Positions 51,945-64,000 of a stretch of 64,000 nucleotides of DNA are shown here, piece by piece. The stretch spans positions 251,475 through 315,474 of the forward strand of contig NW_003314266.1 of the NCBI RefSeq assembly GCF_000143415.4. Reading direction: 5' to 3'. Both the position numbers and the translations under genes were made by a program. Positions within the stretch are counted from its first letter, which is position 1; every line of letters begins with the position of its first letter. Source of the DNA: Selaginella moellendorffii. Its lineage: Eukaryota > Plantae > Lycopodiophyta. Under the pieces are notes generated by a model. It did no database searches. It was given only the letters and a program-made list of their open reading frames with translations, and had not been told where the DNA came from.

Positions 51945-54900
51945 ATGTGAAGCCAAAAGCAAGAAGTAAGGGGATGAAACCGAACCATAGGAATCGAAGG
52001 GCATAACCAAGGTTGGTTATGCCAGCTGGGAGTGGAGAATCAAGTGGGGGCTCGAGGGTGTTGCCGCTAGCAACCGTGATACCATGAAGAGTCTAAAATA
52101 TGGAATTGTCCATGTTAGACTATGTGGCAATTGGAAAGCTTGCAAAAAAGAAGGCCTTAGCAAGCTAAGGGACAGAGTTCCTTCAAGGTTCCCGAAGACG
52201 ATTCTAGGTAGCTTAGTACCTAGAAAGGCCAAAGTGTAAATGTTTCATAGAACGCGCGAAATCAGAGTGGCGCAGCAGATGCGTGGTCTTGAAGCTTGCC
52301 ATGAAGCAAGGCTGTCAAGGTTAGGGAAGTAGTTCCCGAGTGTTCAAAGAGAGGGCTTTGAACGAAAGTCGATGGTCAAGGACTTTCACGCTTGTGCATG
52401 AACCATGTTACAGTGGTCAGAGGACTTGCCCAGCGAGATTAGCAAGTCAGGGGAACAAATACCCTAGTTGAAGGTGATCACTTCAAAAAGGGTGGGCCAT
52501 GGGGCCAAGCATGGAGGAGTCCATGTATGATCACAAACTTGTCAAGTGAGAGGACTTGGCAGTGCGGGGGAACTAGGTTCCTAAGTTGTGATCTGTAGCG
52601 CACTTTAAGTATAAGTTGGTGCACCGGCGTGGGGAGTCACGCCAGGCATCTTGTGTGATGCCGTCCGTAGATGCATATACGGAGGTTGGGTTCGAGTCCC
52701 GACCCTCTAGTGCTTGGGTTCGAGTCCCAAATCACTAGGGCGTGGTGATGGTTTGGAATATGAGGACACTCATATTTCGGTGGTCATGGACTCTCAGTGT
52801 GGAGATTGGTTTGGGCACACTGCCAAGCGAGGGATGCCTCGGAGTCGTGATGCACGGTTAGATTGCTTAGCATGAAAGCTCGGCATATCTAACTTGAACG
52901 CTTTGGTGCAAGTGGCACTAAGGACGTGGTGAGTGAGATGGGGACACCTAATCTCGGTTGCTATGAACCCTTGGCCGCAAGGGCTAGCTTGGGTGCACCG
53001 CCAAGTGTGGGGGATGCCCCCGGGGTTATAGTCAACAACTTGAAGGTCTAGAAGACCAAGTACCTTTTGGCAACTCTGTTAAAGTGCCAAGGTGAGATCA
53101 CTAGGTGATCTTATGGCCAAATAAGGACAAGGTCCTTGGTTGGCTAAGGAATGAAGTTCCTAGTTCAAAATGTTGAAATTGAACTATTTAAGGTGGTGTG
53201 GCTTGGTCATGATGACCAAGTGGGAAGAGCACCTAACGGAAATAAACTATGTCCGTGCGATGGCATAGTGAGTCCGAGGAAAGTAGTCTCTATAAGAGAC
53301 CCATGGGAGGGTCACGAAGTTGGGCCGTGGATAGAGCCCATAGCAGAAGATGCTAAAGAGACGTGCTAGGGGTGAACATCCTCCGAACTTGGCAAAGAAG
53401 AGTCTTTGCTATGGAACCGAAAGGATACCTCAAAAATGGAGGTAGCGATCCTATGTTGCTGGGTGCAACAATCAAGGGTAGGAGCAAAGGACTAGTGGCC
53501 AAGTTTGGGCCATGGAATTTAATGGAAGGGATCCAAATGGCAAAGTTAGCCAAGGAACACTAATGTGTTTGATGTTAACGGTTTGTGGGAAAGGAAGTGG
53601 ACTTCCAAGGATGGATTCCTAAGTGCTCCAATTTGGTGAAGTAAAAGCTCCAAGTGAGGGAGCGGCAAAGTAGCCAAAAGATAAGGCCGTGGACAGCCCT
53701 AGCACCAAAATATGATAACTGGAACTTAGTGCCCAAAGGTGGCATGAAATCAAACAGAGGATGATGGTGCCCTCAAGTGGAGAACTTCCTAGGATGAGGA
53801 AGTGGAGTTGCACAATATGTGCAATGCAAGGTGTCGGAGACACCTAGGAAATTGACTTCGAGAAGTCAGAATTAAAAGTTCCAAGGTGCATGGATTATGT
53901 CGAGGGAAAGTGAGACCACTCGAGAATGAGTAGTGGGATCGAGTTAGAGAAGGTGTCTCTAACAGGTTTAGTGAGAACTAAACCAATAAAAAGAGAGAAC
54001 CACCACAAGTGGTCAAATGAGCCTCTAAGTTGGAGAGGCTATGCTCCTTACAGGACGGACAAGGCATGGTGAGCCTTTGGTGTCAAACCATAGACAAATA
54101 TTGGCTAGGTGCCAAGGATGGAAATGGTAACACGTGTGGGTGTTACTTTATGAAAGGGTTTACCGTTCGATGAGGACATCGAACTTTGTCTATGGGTGGT
54201 GGAGTTGTGAGACACAAAATCCCTAGGCCCCAAAGTGGAGCCGGAAGGGTGCCATGTGGTGGTGGCCGAAGAGAAAACCAAACGAGCGTAACACGTTTGG
54301 ACTAAAAGCTCCGACTCGAAAGGTTGAGAGCGGGAGTGGAACTCCCAACAAAGTGCTCGAGGAACAAGCACGAAGCGAGCAATAAGCAAGGCTCCAAAAA
54401 GGGACCCAAGAAGGACCAACACATGACACGTGGAAGTGTCCGAGATGGACCCGAGTTCGGGTCCGAAGTGGAGTCCGAGATGGACCCAAGTTGGAGTCCG
54501 AAGTGGAGTCCGAAGTGGAGTCCGAGATGGAGTTCGAGGTGGACCCGAGATAGAGTCCAAGATGGAGTCCGAGGTGGAGTCCGAGGTGGAGTCCGAGGTG
54601 GACACGAGATGGAGTCTGAGATGGAGTCCGAGGTGGAGTCCGAGATGGACCCGAGATGGACCCGAAATGGAGTCCGAGATGGAGTCCGAGATGGACCCGA
54701 GATGGAGTCCGAGGTGGAGTCCGAGATGGACCCGAGATGGACCCGAAATGGAGTCCGAGATGGACCCGAGATGGAGTCCGAGATGGACACGAGATGGAGT
54801 CCGAGATGGACCCGAGATGGAGTCCGAGGTCGAGACCGAGATTGAGACCGAGACCGGAACCAAGACCGAGACCGAGATCGGGACCGAGACTGAGACCGGG

Positions 54901-55980
54901 GCCGAGGCCGAGACCAAGCCCGAGTCCGAGTTCGAGTCCGAGTCCGAGTCCGAGTTCGAGTCTGAGAGGGTGAAAGCCCAAAGCGTTCGTCTCCCAGACC
55001 CTGGGGGGTTTGGTGAGCTCCAAAAGTATAGTAGAGGGAGGACTGTAGTGGAGCCAGTTTGGCCAGGAAAGGCCAGTTTGGCAAGGAAAGGCCAGTTTGG
55101 CCCAGGAAGGCCGGACCCAGTGTTGGGTGATGAGCTGCCCACTGTGAAGTCCAAGACTAGAGTGAACACAGACCGACAAGTAGGGTAGCTTGGTGAAGTG
55201 TTCAAGAGCCGGCTCTAGTTCCCCCGGGAGATCGACTGGCCGATGTTCCCAGTCCAAGTGTGGGTGGCACTACCTACTTGGATACCTGTCGTGGCTCAAC
55301 GGAACCTCGCTCTAAGCCCATGGCTAGAGCACCTAAAGGCAAAAGGCGGGGAGAGTACCCATGAGGCTTGCGTAAGGCCACGGTGTTCCGAAATGTTGTC
55401 CCAAAGTCCCAGACTGTGGAAAGGAAGAGGAGTAGCCCTCTGGTGTGGTGACAAAGGACACAGTCACATGGTGAGGAAGTCCCAGAGGAAAGTTGGACTT
55501 AGACGTCGGGCTTGCGGGCCTTGATCCAGTGGCAGTGTTGGTGAACACGGCCATCGACAGAGAGGGACTTGGTTGGGACTGGAAAAGAGATATTGGGGAA
55601 GGTTATTCCCTAAGTCTGCAAGCATCCTAAGGATGCTAAAGAGTGGATCTGGGATGATCACTCATGGATGGATGGCCTAGTCTATGAGAGACGGGATTGC
55701 AATGTAGGTGGTGTTGGACCACCAGTGTGACCAAGGTGAATAGGTATGGCCTTAGCGTAACGGGCCGATATGTCAGTGGTACCTTGGGGTGCCGATCAGG
55801 GGATCGGACACGTGGAGCACTTAGACCAAGTGCAAAGGTTGAGTGGCATGGATGCCATTCTTGGGGCTAGCAAGCCCCAAGTCCTAATTGGGACTTATGG
55901 AGGTTGTGAATGAGACTCCTCCAAGTGGTCGGAGGTGCGGTTAAGTGACTAAAGTAAAATGGAAAATTTAGTCGCTTACA
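51945..55980 (+). mobile_element. 5'-truncated copy of the minisatellite-LTR family (interior plus 3' LTR at 54206-55980)
   Basis: Reverse-complement homology to ~25931-29830; PPT gggtggtggagt before TGTGAGA; ends in TTACA. Confidence 0.88.
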
Positions 55981-56356
55981 TTGACCTCTAGCAGTTTGGC
56001 CACCCAAGGGGCCTCAGTTATTCAAATAACCTTGGCCCCTCGGGCAGCAAAACTGCCCGAGGTGGCCGGCCTGACCTTGACCTCGGGTAGTTTGGCCACC
56101 CGAGGGGCCGAGGTTATTTAAATAACCTCAGCCCCTCGGGCAACCAAACTGCTCGAGGTGGCCGGCCCGCACTTGACCTCGTGCAGTTTGGCCACCTGAG
56201 GGGCTGAGGTTATTCAAATAACCTCGGGCTCTCAGGAGGCGAAACTACCTAAGGTGGCCAGCCCGAGCTTGACCTCGGGCAGTTTGTCCACCCGAGGTGG
56301 CTGGCCTGCACTCGACCTCGGGCAGTTTGGCCACCCAAGGGGCCGAGGTTATTCAA
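55981..56356. repeat. Tandem ~95-bp units, each containing the hairpin GGCCGAGGTTATT(C)AAATAACCTCGGCC
   Basis: Copies near 56010, 56105 and 56200, plus a half copy at 56340; probably subterminal repeats of a DNA transposon. Confidence 0.75.
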
Positions 56357-57779
56357 TCCCTCGCGCTCAATCCCTCAATCTCTTTTGCGCTCAATCTCTT
56401 GATCTCTCGCGTGCTGCACTCACGGTGCGAACAATAACCTAATCTTGGCAGCTACCCTAACCCTAATCCTGATGGCTACCCTAATCCTAACTAATCTCTC
56501 ATCCTGGCCGTTCATTATGGATAACCTAAATCTCAACCATCACAATATCTTCGATCTTATTTTATCTTATCGTTATTATTATATGTAAATTATGCTTCTT
56601 TATTTTGTATAGTTTAATTATGATATAACTAACACCTATCAACATTTCTATTATTAGAGATATGATATTATATTTTACAAATTATCTAGGAAGGATGCAT
56701 TCTCATCAATATTTTGTACATATTTTGGAACCGTTACAAGAACTTTAAAGAGTATAAATAAGGCACATTAAAATATGTTGTACTATATCCATCTATGAAT
56801 GGATGAATCCTCATCCAGAAATTTATTTTGTGTTGTATTAGATCCTAAACAATAGGCACGTGTTTTAAATATCATTGAGCAGTGTTCACAATTATGGATA
56901 AAACTTGAGTTATACTACGAATCAAATCTATCATTGAAGAATAAGATTTGACAAGATTTATTATCATCTACCACTTAAAATTTGACAACTTGACATATCA
57001 CACGTGCTGACAGTCAAATCGGATCTCTTGGTTTGACAAACTATAGTAGAATGTCATTACTAGAATCATTATTAACTATCAAACTTCACATGCTGAAAAT
57101 CCTTCCTTGGATATATGTGTATACATGCATCAGACATCATAATAGATGACAGTAATATTAATACTATCACACTTGCACATGTTAAATTTGCTACAGAATT
57201 TAAATTCATTTTGTATGTTGTCTTCTTATTGCTCTATTTAAATTTCAATTATGTTTCACTATGGATTTTTACAAGTACCATAAAGAGAGAGAACTCCAAA
57301 ACCTAATGAGAAGGATGGAGAGGTTTTTTCTCCATTTTCAAGATCGCCCACCTCTTTCATTCTCTCAGAGTATTGTTTCTAAAAGTTTTTTATGTCGACG
57401 TTTTGATCTTCGTCTTGGCTCTATTTCTTTAGAGGTTGTGATTTGCAACGACACCAGTATAGTTGCATACTTGGAGTTTCTTCTTTCTGGTGTAGGCAAG
57501 GGTGGACAACAATGAGATTTACAGAATTCCAAGTCGAAGGAGATTTGAGTTTTTGGATCTCCAATTAAAATGCCAAAATGCACTCTAGCCAAAGTGAATG
57601 TGAAGCAAGAGTCAGTTGTTATCCTCTCGTCCTCTTTTAGTTCAAGTGGAGAAGTCATGCTAGTGTCGACACTGAATTCACCAACTCCAGCTCCAGCTTC
57701 AACTCCAACTTTAGCAATATTCAAAGCTATTAGCAATGCTTTCCAGTTTTCACACCTCTCAATTGACGTGCACTTGTTT

Positions 57780-59806
57780 TTGTATAGGCTTGTGAGTGAG
57801 CTTCCATCCTCCTACAACGGCAACATTTTCTTCGAGCTACCACCTCTTGTCAGCAGCATAGGTTCCGAACGGAAGGGGATGGAAACCAAGTAAGATATCC
57901 ACAATTGGTGCATGATCAAGACCACACACTTCCAACATTTTGAAGGCATAGTGTCTATAGTTCATTGAGGCGGGCATTTAAATTGTGTGGATGAAGCATG
58001 CAATCGAGACTGCTGTAGAAATTATATATTTTTCGAAGGGTCTGCAGTCAATCCTCCAGCTTGTGACACCATTGTTGTTGGATTCCAGTGTCGATTCTAC
58101 AAAAATACTCCTTTATGTCATGCTATCTGTGAGGCCAAGATGTACTACTTTCTTCCACGGGATGGAGTGGCTGGAAGAGCTGCAGTGCATGTTGGCACAC
58201 ACATGCATCCAATGCAGGAAGGAATACAAAGAAGTTCTTTCAACTGTTTCAAAGATGTTGTGCAAGAAGAGACTATAAGAAACTCATCTGCAACTCTGAA
58301 GTATGTTCAGAAGACTGTCCTCAAGGATTTTATTGCAAACACTTTACTCAATTCAAGTTGTCAAAAGACTCAACTAAATGAGGCTAGCTTGTAGGACTTA
58401 CTACGAGGAGTACAACCTGCACCTAGCTGGTGGGAAGTTAAGATGTTCTAGTAGGGCCATCACTCTTTTCAGGTTAGTTTCTATTTTTTTTCTCATTTTA
58501 TTACCTTTTAATATTGCCTTTTCCATTAGGATCAACCACTTGAGGACCTCACATACACCCGAACTATGAATCTCTCCGAAAGTAAGCATTGGAGTTGGTG
58601 TTCCTCTAAGGCAAGGAAAGGGACGATGAGTCTATATGAAGCCTATCTATCAAATTTGATATGTGCTATAGAACAATCTTCAAAAGTGCTAGCATTGGAG
58701 GAAAGAAGATACATGGGAATAAGGCCTTATATTGAAATGTTATATGATAGGATAAAGAGAAAATTAATTCCACCCACCCAAAAAATGGCAACTACAGTTA
58801 AGGAAGTGGTCTATGGCATATCTATGGAGTACATTCCTCGAGCTTCTACTGGTGATATAAAGATTGTCCACTCAAAACATTATTTTCCTTTGTTGGAAAA
58901 GATGTTAGTACGAACCTTGGAGCGAAAAGCTCTCACAGGCCTGATGTCGAGTACCATTCTGCTCCAAGACACCGCTCTCGGACCGAGCCACCTCAAGTGG
59001 CTGATGAAGAGAGTGCATCGCAATAGGTTAAAATTGCTTACTGTAGTGTGGAGTCGAAGCAATAGGCAATCTGACATGTGCCAGCAAAATTGAATGTAAA
59101 GTGTGTGGGGATGCTTTTGAGGGGCAAGTGTTGGGCTTGGATTCGTGGTGACAAACTGGCTTCTGTTCCAGCCCCATGTTTCTATGGGGAACAAAAGCAA
59201 GCAAGATTTTTGAAATGGTGTTGGCTATATTGTTGCAACACCGACGCTAACCATATGAAGCGGCTTGAAGACACTATAGTGACTAAACTTGATACAGTAC
59301 CTAAAGAATGGCTAGTTTCTAATGGGGTCGTGCTCACCTCGGATGAGATTGAAAACCTTGAGAAATTTAGTTTCAATCTTGAGAAGAGAGTTGGAGACAT
59401 AAGTGACAGAACCAAGACTATTCCTATAGAGATGCACATGAGGCTAGCACAAAAAGGTAAGGTAGTTAAATTTATTGGTACCGTCTCCAAGCAAAAACAA
59501 TGTAAAATAAACTTGGCTCAAACACTTAAGTGTGAGATTCTCTCCACGAAGTACATCACTGTGCTTGCAAAGGAATACATAGTCAAAACAGAGGGTGGAG
59601 AGTACACAATTGGCATTCACGACTTTCCTTCTTGCACGTGTCCAGACTTTATGAAGTGCGAGGAACATGGGAAGGCATATACTCCTTGCAAGCATATGTA
59701 CTACATCTTCATTAACATTTTGCACCAGGATCCTAAAGTGGATATTCATATACACCAAGCAAGCCTTACTATTGCTGAGTTGGAGAAAACTTTTGGAGCT
59801 AACTAG
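57780..59806 (+). pseudogene. Decayed transposase-like gene with a Cys/His (WRKY/GCM-like) N-terminal region and a C-terminal SWIM finger
   Basis: SWIM motif PSCTCPDF...PCKHMYYIF; GHLNC..C and CEAKMY..AAVHVGTHMHP; multiple stops and frameshifts. Confidence 0.6.
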
Positions 59807-61406
59807 ATTTCTCCAACACTATTGTTTATTCTCTATCAATAAAACTTATTATACTTTATATAATTAATAAAAAAGTGCTTTTTCATTTCACTTTTCATTT
59901 TATATGCTTCTGAGTGTTCTTTTTGCAATATTGCCCATAGTACTCGTGTGTCTCCATTTCTGTCTTTACCATCTCAAAAAAAAATTCATGGTAGTTTTTC
60001 TGGTGTGTGATGTTGCAGTGTGTCACAAGAGCATATATACCATTATACTAATCATTGCCATTGTTTCCACCAAACGCTTAAAAACATATGGGGCATTTCT
60101 TGAATGTGGTAGAATTGTACTTTTCTAAAACAAATAAGAAGGCATTCTTTTTCACCTAATTTGTTGCACCCGTTATCATTGCATTTATCTCCAACTCATG
60201 ATCACTATCCTCACTATCCTCTCTTTCATTCTTTTATATGGTTTGGTTATGTTATGCAATAGGATAGTTATTGCATCTTCTAACCCTTGAACCCTAGGAA
60301 GAAAGATTGTGAGAGTTAAAATTACTAACACTAAAACCCATATATTTATGTGTATTTCCCTTTTTTCGAATGAGAGTGTGAATGAAGATTTCTAAATTCT
60401 AGATAGTATGCTATAACAAACCCCTCAAGAATGTATTCTAGAATGAAACTAAGTCTTTCTTTTATATGCAATAAGTTTGCATCAACAGTTATTTTTTTTC
60501 CTTTGAAACGGTTATATAGCTTTACATAGAATCTTATTTCAAATTTAATAATTTTTTAGTTTTGACAAGCCTGACATTTACTAGCCAAAAAGCACAGAGT
60601 ACAAATTTAAAGAAGTGATAAGAATACTCTTTTTACAAACATTTTATTTTATATTCTAATAAACGTCCCTATCATTACATGTAGTAAATATTTAAATTAT
60701 TAGAACAAGAAGTGTCCTTTAGAACTTTTTTATCTATATAATATATAGAGAGTTATGAAATTATTAGGTTCGCCATAACCTTAAAATTTTAAAGTTTATA
60801 ATGTTTGTACTAAATTATAATTGAAAATTGAGCTCAATTTGTGAGCTCAACTCTTCAGCTTGTGAGCTTAAGTATGGTCTGTGCTCTAAATTGTGAATTT
60901 GGACACGGGATGAACACCATTGTGTTCAGGATCATCTCTACATTCTGTAAATATGTCAAATTAACAAATCTAGACACTTTCCATAGATAGCAATTAGAAT
61001 TGAACAGTACTAATACAAGGTGTATGATAGTGAAGGTGTTTAGCAGACACAATAAGCTATCATTTGATAATGTTAAGGGACTAGTCTCAATATGTGAGGG
61101 TTCTTGTCAAGCTAATTAAAGCAAAAAAGAACTAAAAGTTAGGTTGAGTATGCTCAATAAGAAACACATAGGAGTTCCTACCTTATATCCATCTGGCTAA
61201 GCAAGTGCTAAACCCAATTTACTAACACTTGAGTAAAAGGGGCTGATAAAGGGAATGAACAATACCAACTTTCTACCATCGTGGTAGTAAGGAAAGAATA
61301 TAAAAAAGGACTAGTTGACAGATAACTTTTGATACCCACAGTCACATTTTTTATAATGGCTATAGATGGGGATTTGGTAGGAACTAAATAAGAGACATTG
61401 GGGAAG

Positions 61407-62012
61407 TGTAGCGTACCTTATCTCTCTTTCCTTAAGTGAACTGGAAAAGGGGTAATTGCTTGATGAGAGAGCCTTTAAGGGTTATTTTATCCCCACTTAT
61501 CTTCCAAGGTTTCAAGGATCTACGGTGACAGTATATCCAAATCTCATCCCATGATCACATGCACTACCCTCACCCCCCCTTCAGAGATGTTAATGTTCTT
61601 ATTGACTATTAACTAACAACCCCTTTTTAACCAAGAGGAACTAGAATCTCCATTTCTGCACTTAATTTACCAATCCTTCCATTGTGTAAATTAGTTATTC
61701 CATGTGAGGAAACTAGTCATCCACCTGTACCGTAGTCCCACGATGGATACCTTCATCCATGGATACTCTACACAAGAGGAAGGACATACACATGGATGCT
61801 CAATACATACAATTTCAAATTTAAGGGTAGGAAAATACCTTGCTCAAAAGTATATTATATTTTTAAGTAGCCACTAATCAATGGGAATTGAACTCGTGCC
61901 ATTGGCTCTGATACCACATGTAGCACACCCTATCTCTTTTCCCTTAAGCCAACTGGAAAAGGGGCAATTATTTAATGAAAGAGCCCTTAGTGGCTATTTT
62001 ATCCCTATTTAT
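61407..62012 (-). mobile_element. TRIM-like miniature LTR element, right LTR truncated
   Basis: Direct repeats starting TGTAGC at 61407 and 61919; PPT (ctcaccccccct) at ~61569; perfect iMet PBS gctctgatacca at 61905-61916; ~350-bp non-coding interior. Confidence 0.65.
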
Positions 62013-62014
62013 CG

Positions 62015-62845
62015 ATTTCAAACCATTGACAAATGTTGGCTAGGTACCAAGGATGGAAAGGGTAATACATGCTGGTTTTACTTTGTAAAATATTTTATCG
62101 TTAGATGAGAACATCAAACTTTGTTTATAGTGGTGGAGTTGTGAGATATAAAATCTCTAGGCCCTAAAGAGGAGCCGAAAGGGTGCAATGTGGTAGTGGC
62201 TGAGATGAAAACCAAATGAGTGTAACACGTTTGGACTAAAAGCTCCGATTTGAAAAGTCGAGAGTGGGAGTGAAACTCCCAATAAAGGGCTTAAGGAACA
62301 AGCTCAAAGCGAGCAATAAGTGAGTCTCTAGAACATGGATACAAGAGGACCAACATATGACACATGAAAGTGTCAAAATGGACCCGAGATGGAGTCCAAG
62401 ATAGAGTCTGAGATGGACCCAAGATGGAGTCCAAAATAGAGTCCGAGATGGAGTTCGAAATGGACCTAAGATGGAATCCAAAATGGAGTCCGAGAAGGAC
62501 CTGAGATGGAGTCCGAGATAGAGTCCGAGATGGAGTTCGAGATGGACCCGAGATAGACCTGAGATGGAGTCTGAGATGGAGTCCAAAATGGACTTGAGAT
62601 GGAGTCTGAGATGGACCCAAGATGGACCTGAGAGGACTCCATGTTAGGTCTATCTTGGACTCCATCTCAGACTCCATTTCGGGTCCATTTCAACACTTTC
62701 ATGTGTCATGTATTGGTCCTCTTGTGTCACTTTTTTAGAGACTCGCTTATTGCTTGCTTCATTCTTATTTCTTGAGCACTTCATTGAGAGTTCCACTTTT
62801 GCTCTCGACTTTTTAAGTTGGAGCTTTTAGTTTAAACATGTTACT
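62015..62845 (+). mobile_element. Fragment of the minisatellite-LTR family (PPT plus LTR start at 62140) joined to an inverted LTR fragment
   Basis: 62015-62635 matches ~54085-54800; 62645-62845 is the reverse complement of ~62221-62420. Confidence 0.75.
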
Positions 62846-63265
62846 AATGAAGAGTATGTTTGCATCAATCAAAAAGTTAAGCATAATAAAACCACGGTCA
62901 ACAAATGATCACTAAACGATCCTCCATAAATCTATCTGTAGCAGAACGTAACTCACTTCATAATAAGCACAAGAAGAATCATCAATGATCAATATATTCC
63001 AACTCAAATCCAACAAGGATTCAAACATTTCAATATTGATCACTAACTCTTCGTCTCGTAAAGCTAACATAGTCCATGACTAAATCACTTTTCAAGGAAA
63101 AGCTAAAGCTCAACCCTTACTAAATAATCTTGTCTAGATTACAACTAACTCAAACCTGCCACTCAGCTTGTTTGAACGTTAACATAGTTGCAAACTAGCA
63201 AATGCACGAATGCTAATAACACAAAGCTATAGCCAAATCATCAACACTATCTTTATCGAGACTAA

Positions 63266-64000
63266 AAGCTCTATTTCGTTAAAGTGGGATTTATTCAGTA
63301 AAATGGGACTAGGTACAAATTTTCAAGTATTTGAAAATGACGTGAAATTATATGTTTTTTGTCCAGGGGCTAGACATATCTGGGGCATGGTGACTAGCGC
63401 AGTGATTTTATGTCCAGACTGAGTCCATCTAGTTGTATAATAAATCTCATTGTCAAGGTGAACAAGCCGAATCTGAAGCTAAAGAAGAGCGATGGCATGC
63501 GCGCACACACTATTTGTTTGTTCATTGAGCGTGTGGTGAGCTTTCCAAGATGAACATCATTCCTATTAGCCAGACATATAACTTAATGGTGAGAACATTT
63601 AGATATTATTCAATGTTATCTTTTTCTAACGAATCTAATTGTGAAGGTGTAGCAAGAGGCATTGCTAGTCTGGAGAAGTCATTTAACTCATTTGACCCTT
63701 AGTGTATTTTCATGAAACTAAATAACATTCATATTATTAAGGAATTTCTCTAGTACCTTTTTTTTACGACATAGAGGCTTGCATTTCTTTCAAAGGTGAT
63801 TTAGTAAAAGGCCTGAGGGCACATGCCATTCTATTTCTCAGACCGGTATTAAGATATACTAGTGCAAAGGGAAAAAGGTATTTGGTGATCAAGTAAATGG
63901 CATGAGGGCACACGCCATTATAAGCCTAAGCGCTAGTGGACACCTCCTTTTTGTACTCTCAGCGTACTATCATCTTCTCCGGTCAGTGTTTGCTTGATTG
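63266..64000 (-). mobile_element. Second, inverted copy of the Sola-like element (right end), running off the window
   Basis: Essentially exact reverse complement of ~49530-50267, starting precisely at the TIR. Confidence 0.93.

Overview
Eukaryotic plant nuclear DNA, most likely a lycophyte such as Selaginella (inferred from ~50-nt introns, a PLS-class PPR gene, EUL lectins and a Tcn1-type chromovirus). Bases 1-15.2 kb are gene-dense: a PP2A B' subunit gene, then a roughly fourfold tandem duplication of a [PPR / sialyltransferase-like / tRNA-Cys relic / two-domain EUL lectin] unit with reciprocal gene loss. Bases 15.2-64 kb are nested transposons: decayed Gypsy relics, a near-complete self-priming chromovirus, several copies of a non-coding LTR family with minisatellite-bearing LTRs, a TRIM and a decayed SWIM transposase. 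The highlight is a 13.2-kb TIR DNA transposon (37024-50267; 24-bp TIR, ACTA TSD, Sola-like transposase). It carries an apparently intact 11-exon, ~1631-aa accessory gene (ParB-like + degenerate amino-methyltransferase-like + FCP1-like pseudophosphatase) and about 25 copies of a 22-bp palindrome, including inside its tiny introns. A second, near-identical inverted copy begins at 63266. All domain calls are by motif recognition, not database search.
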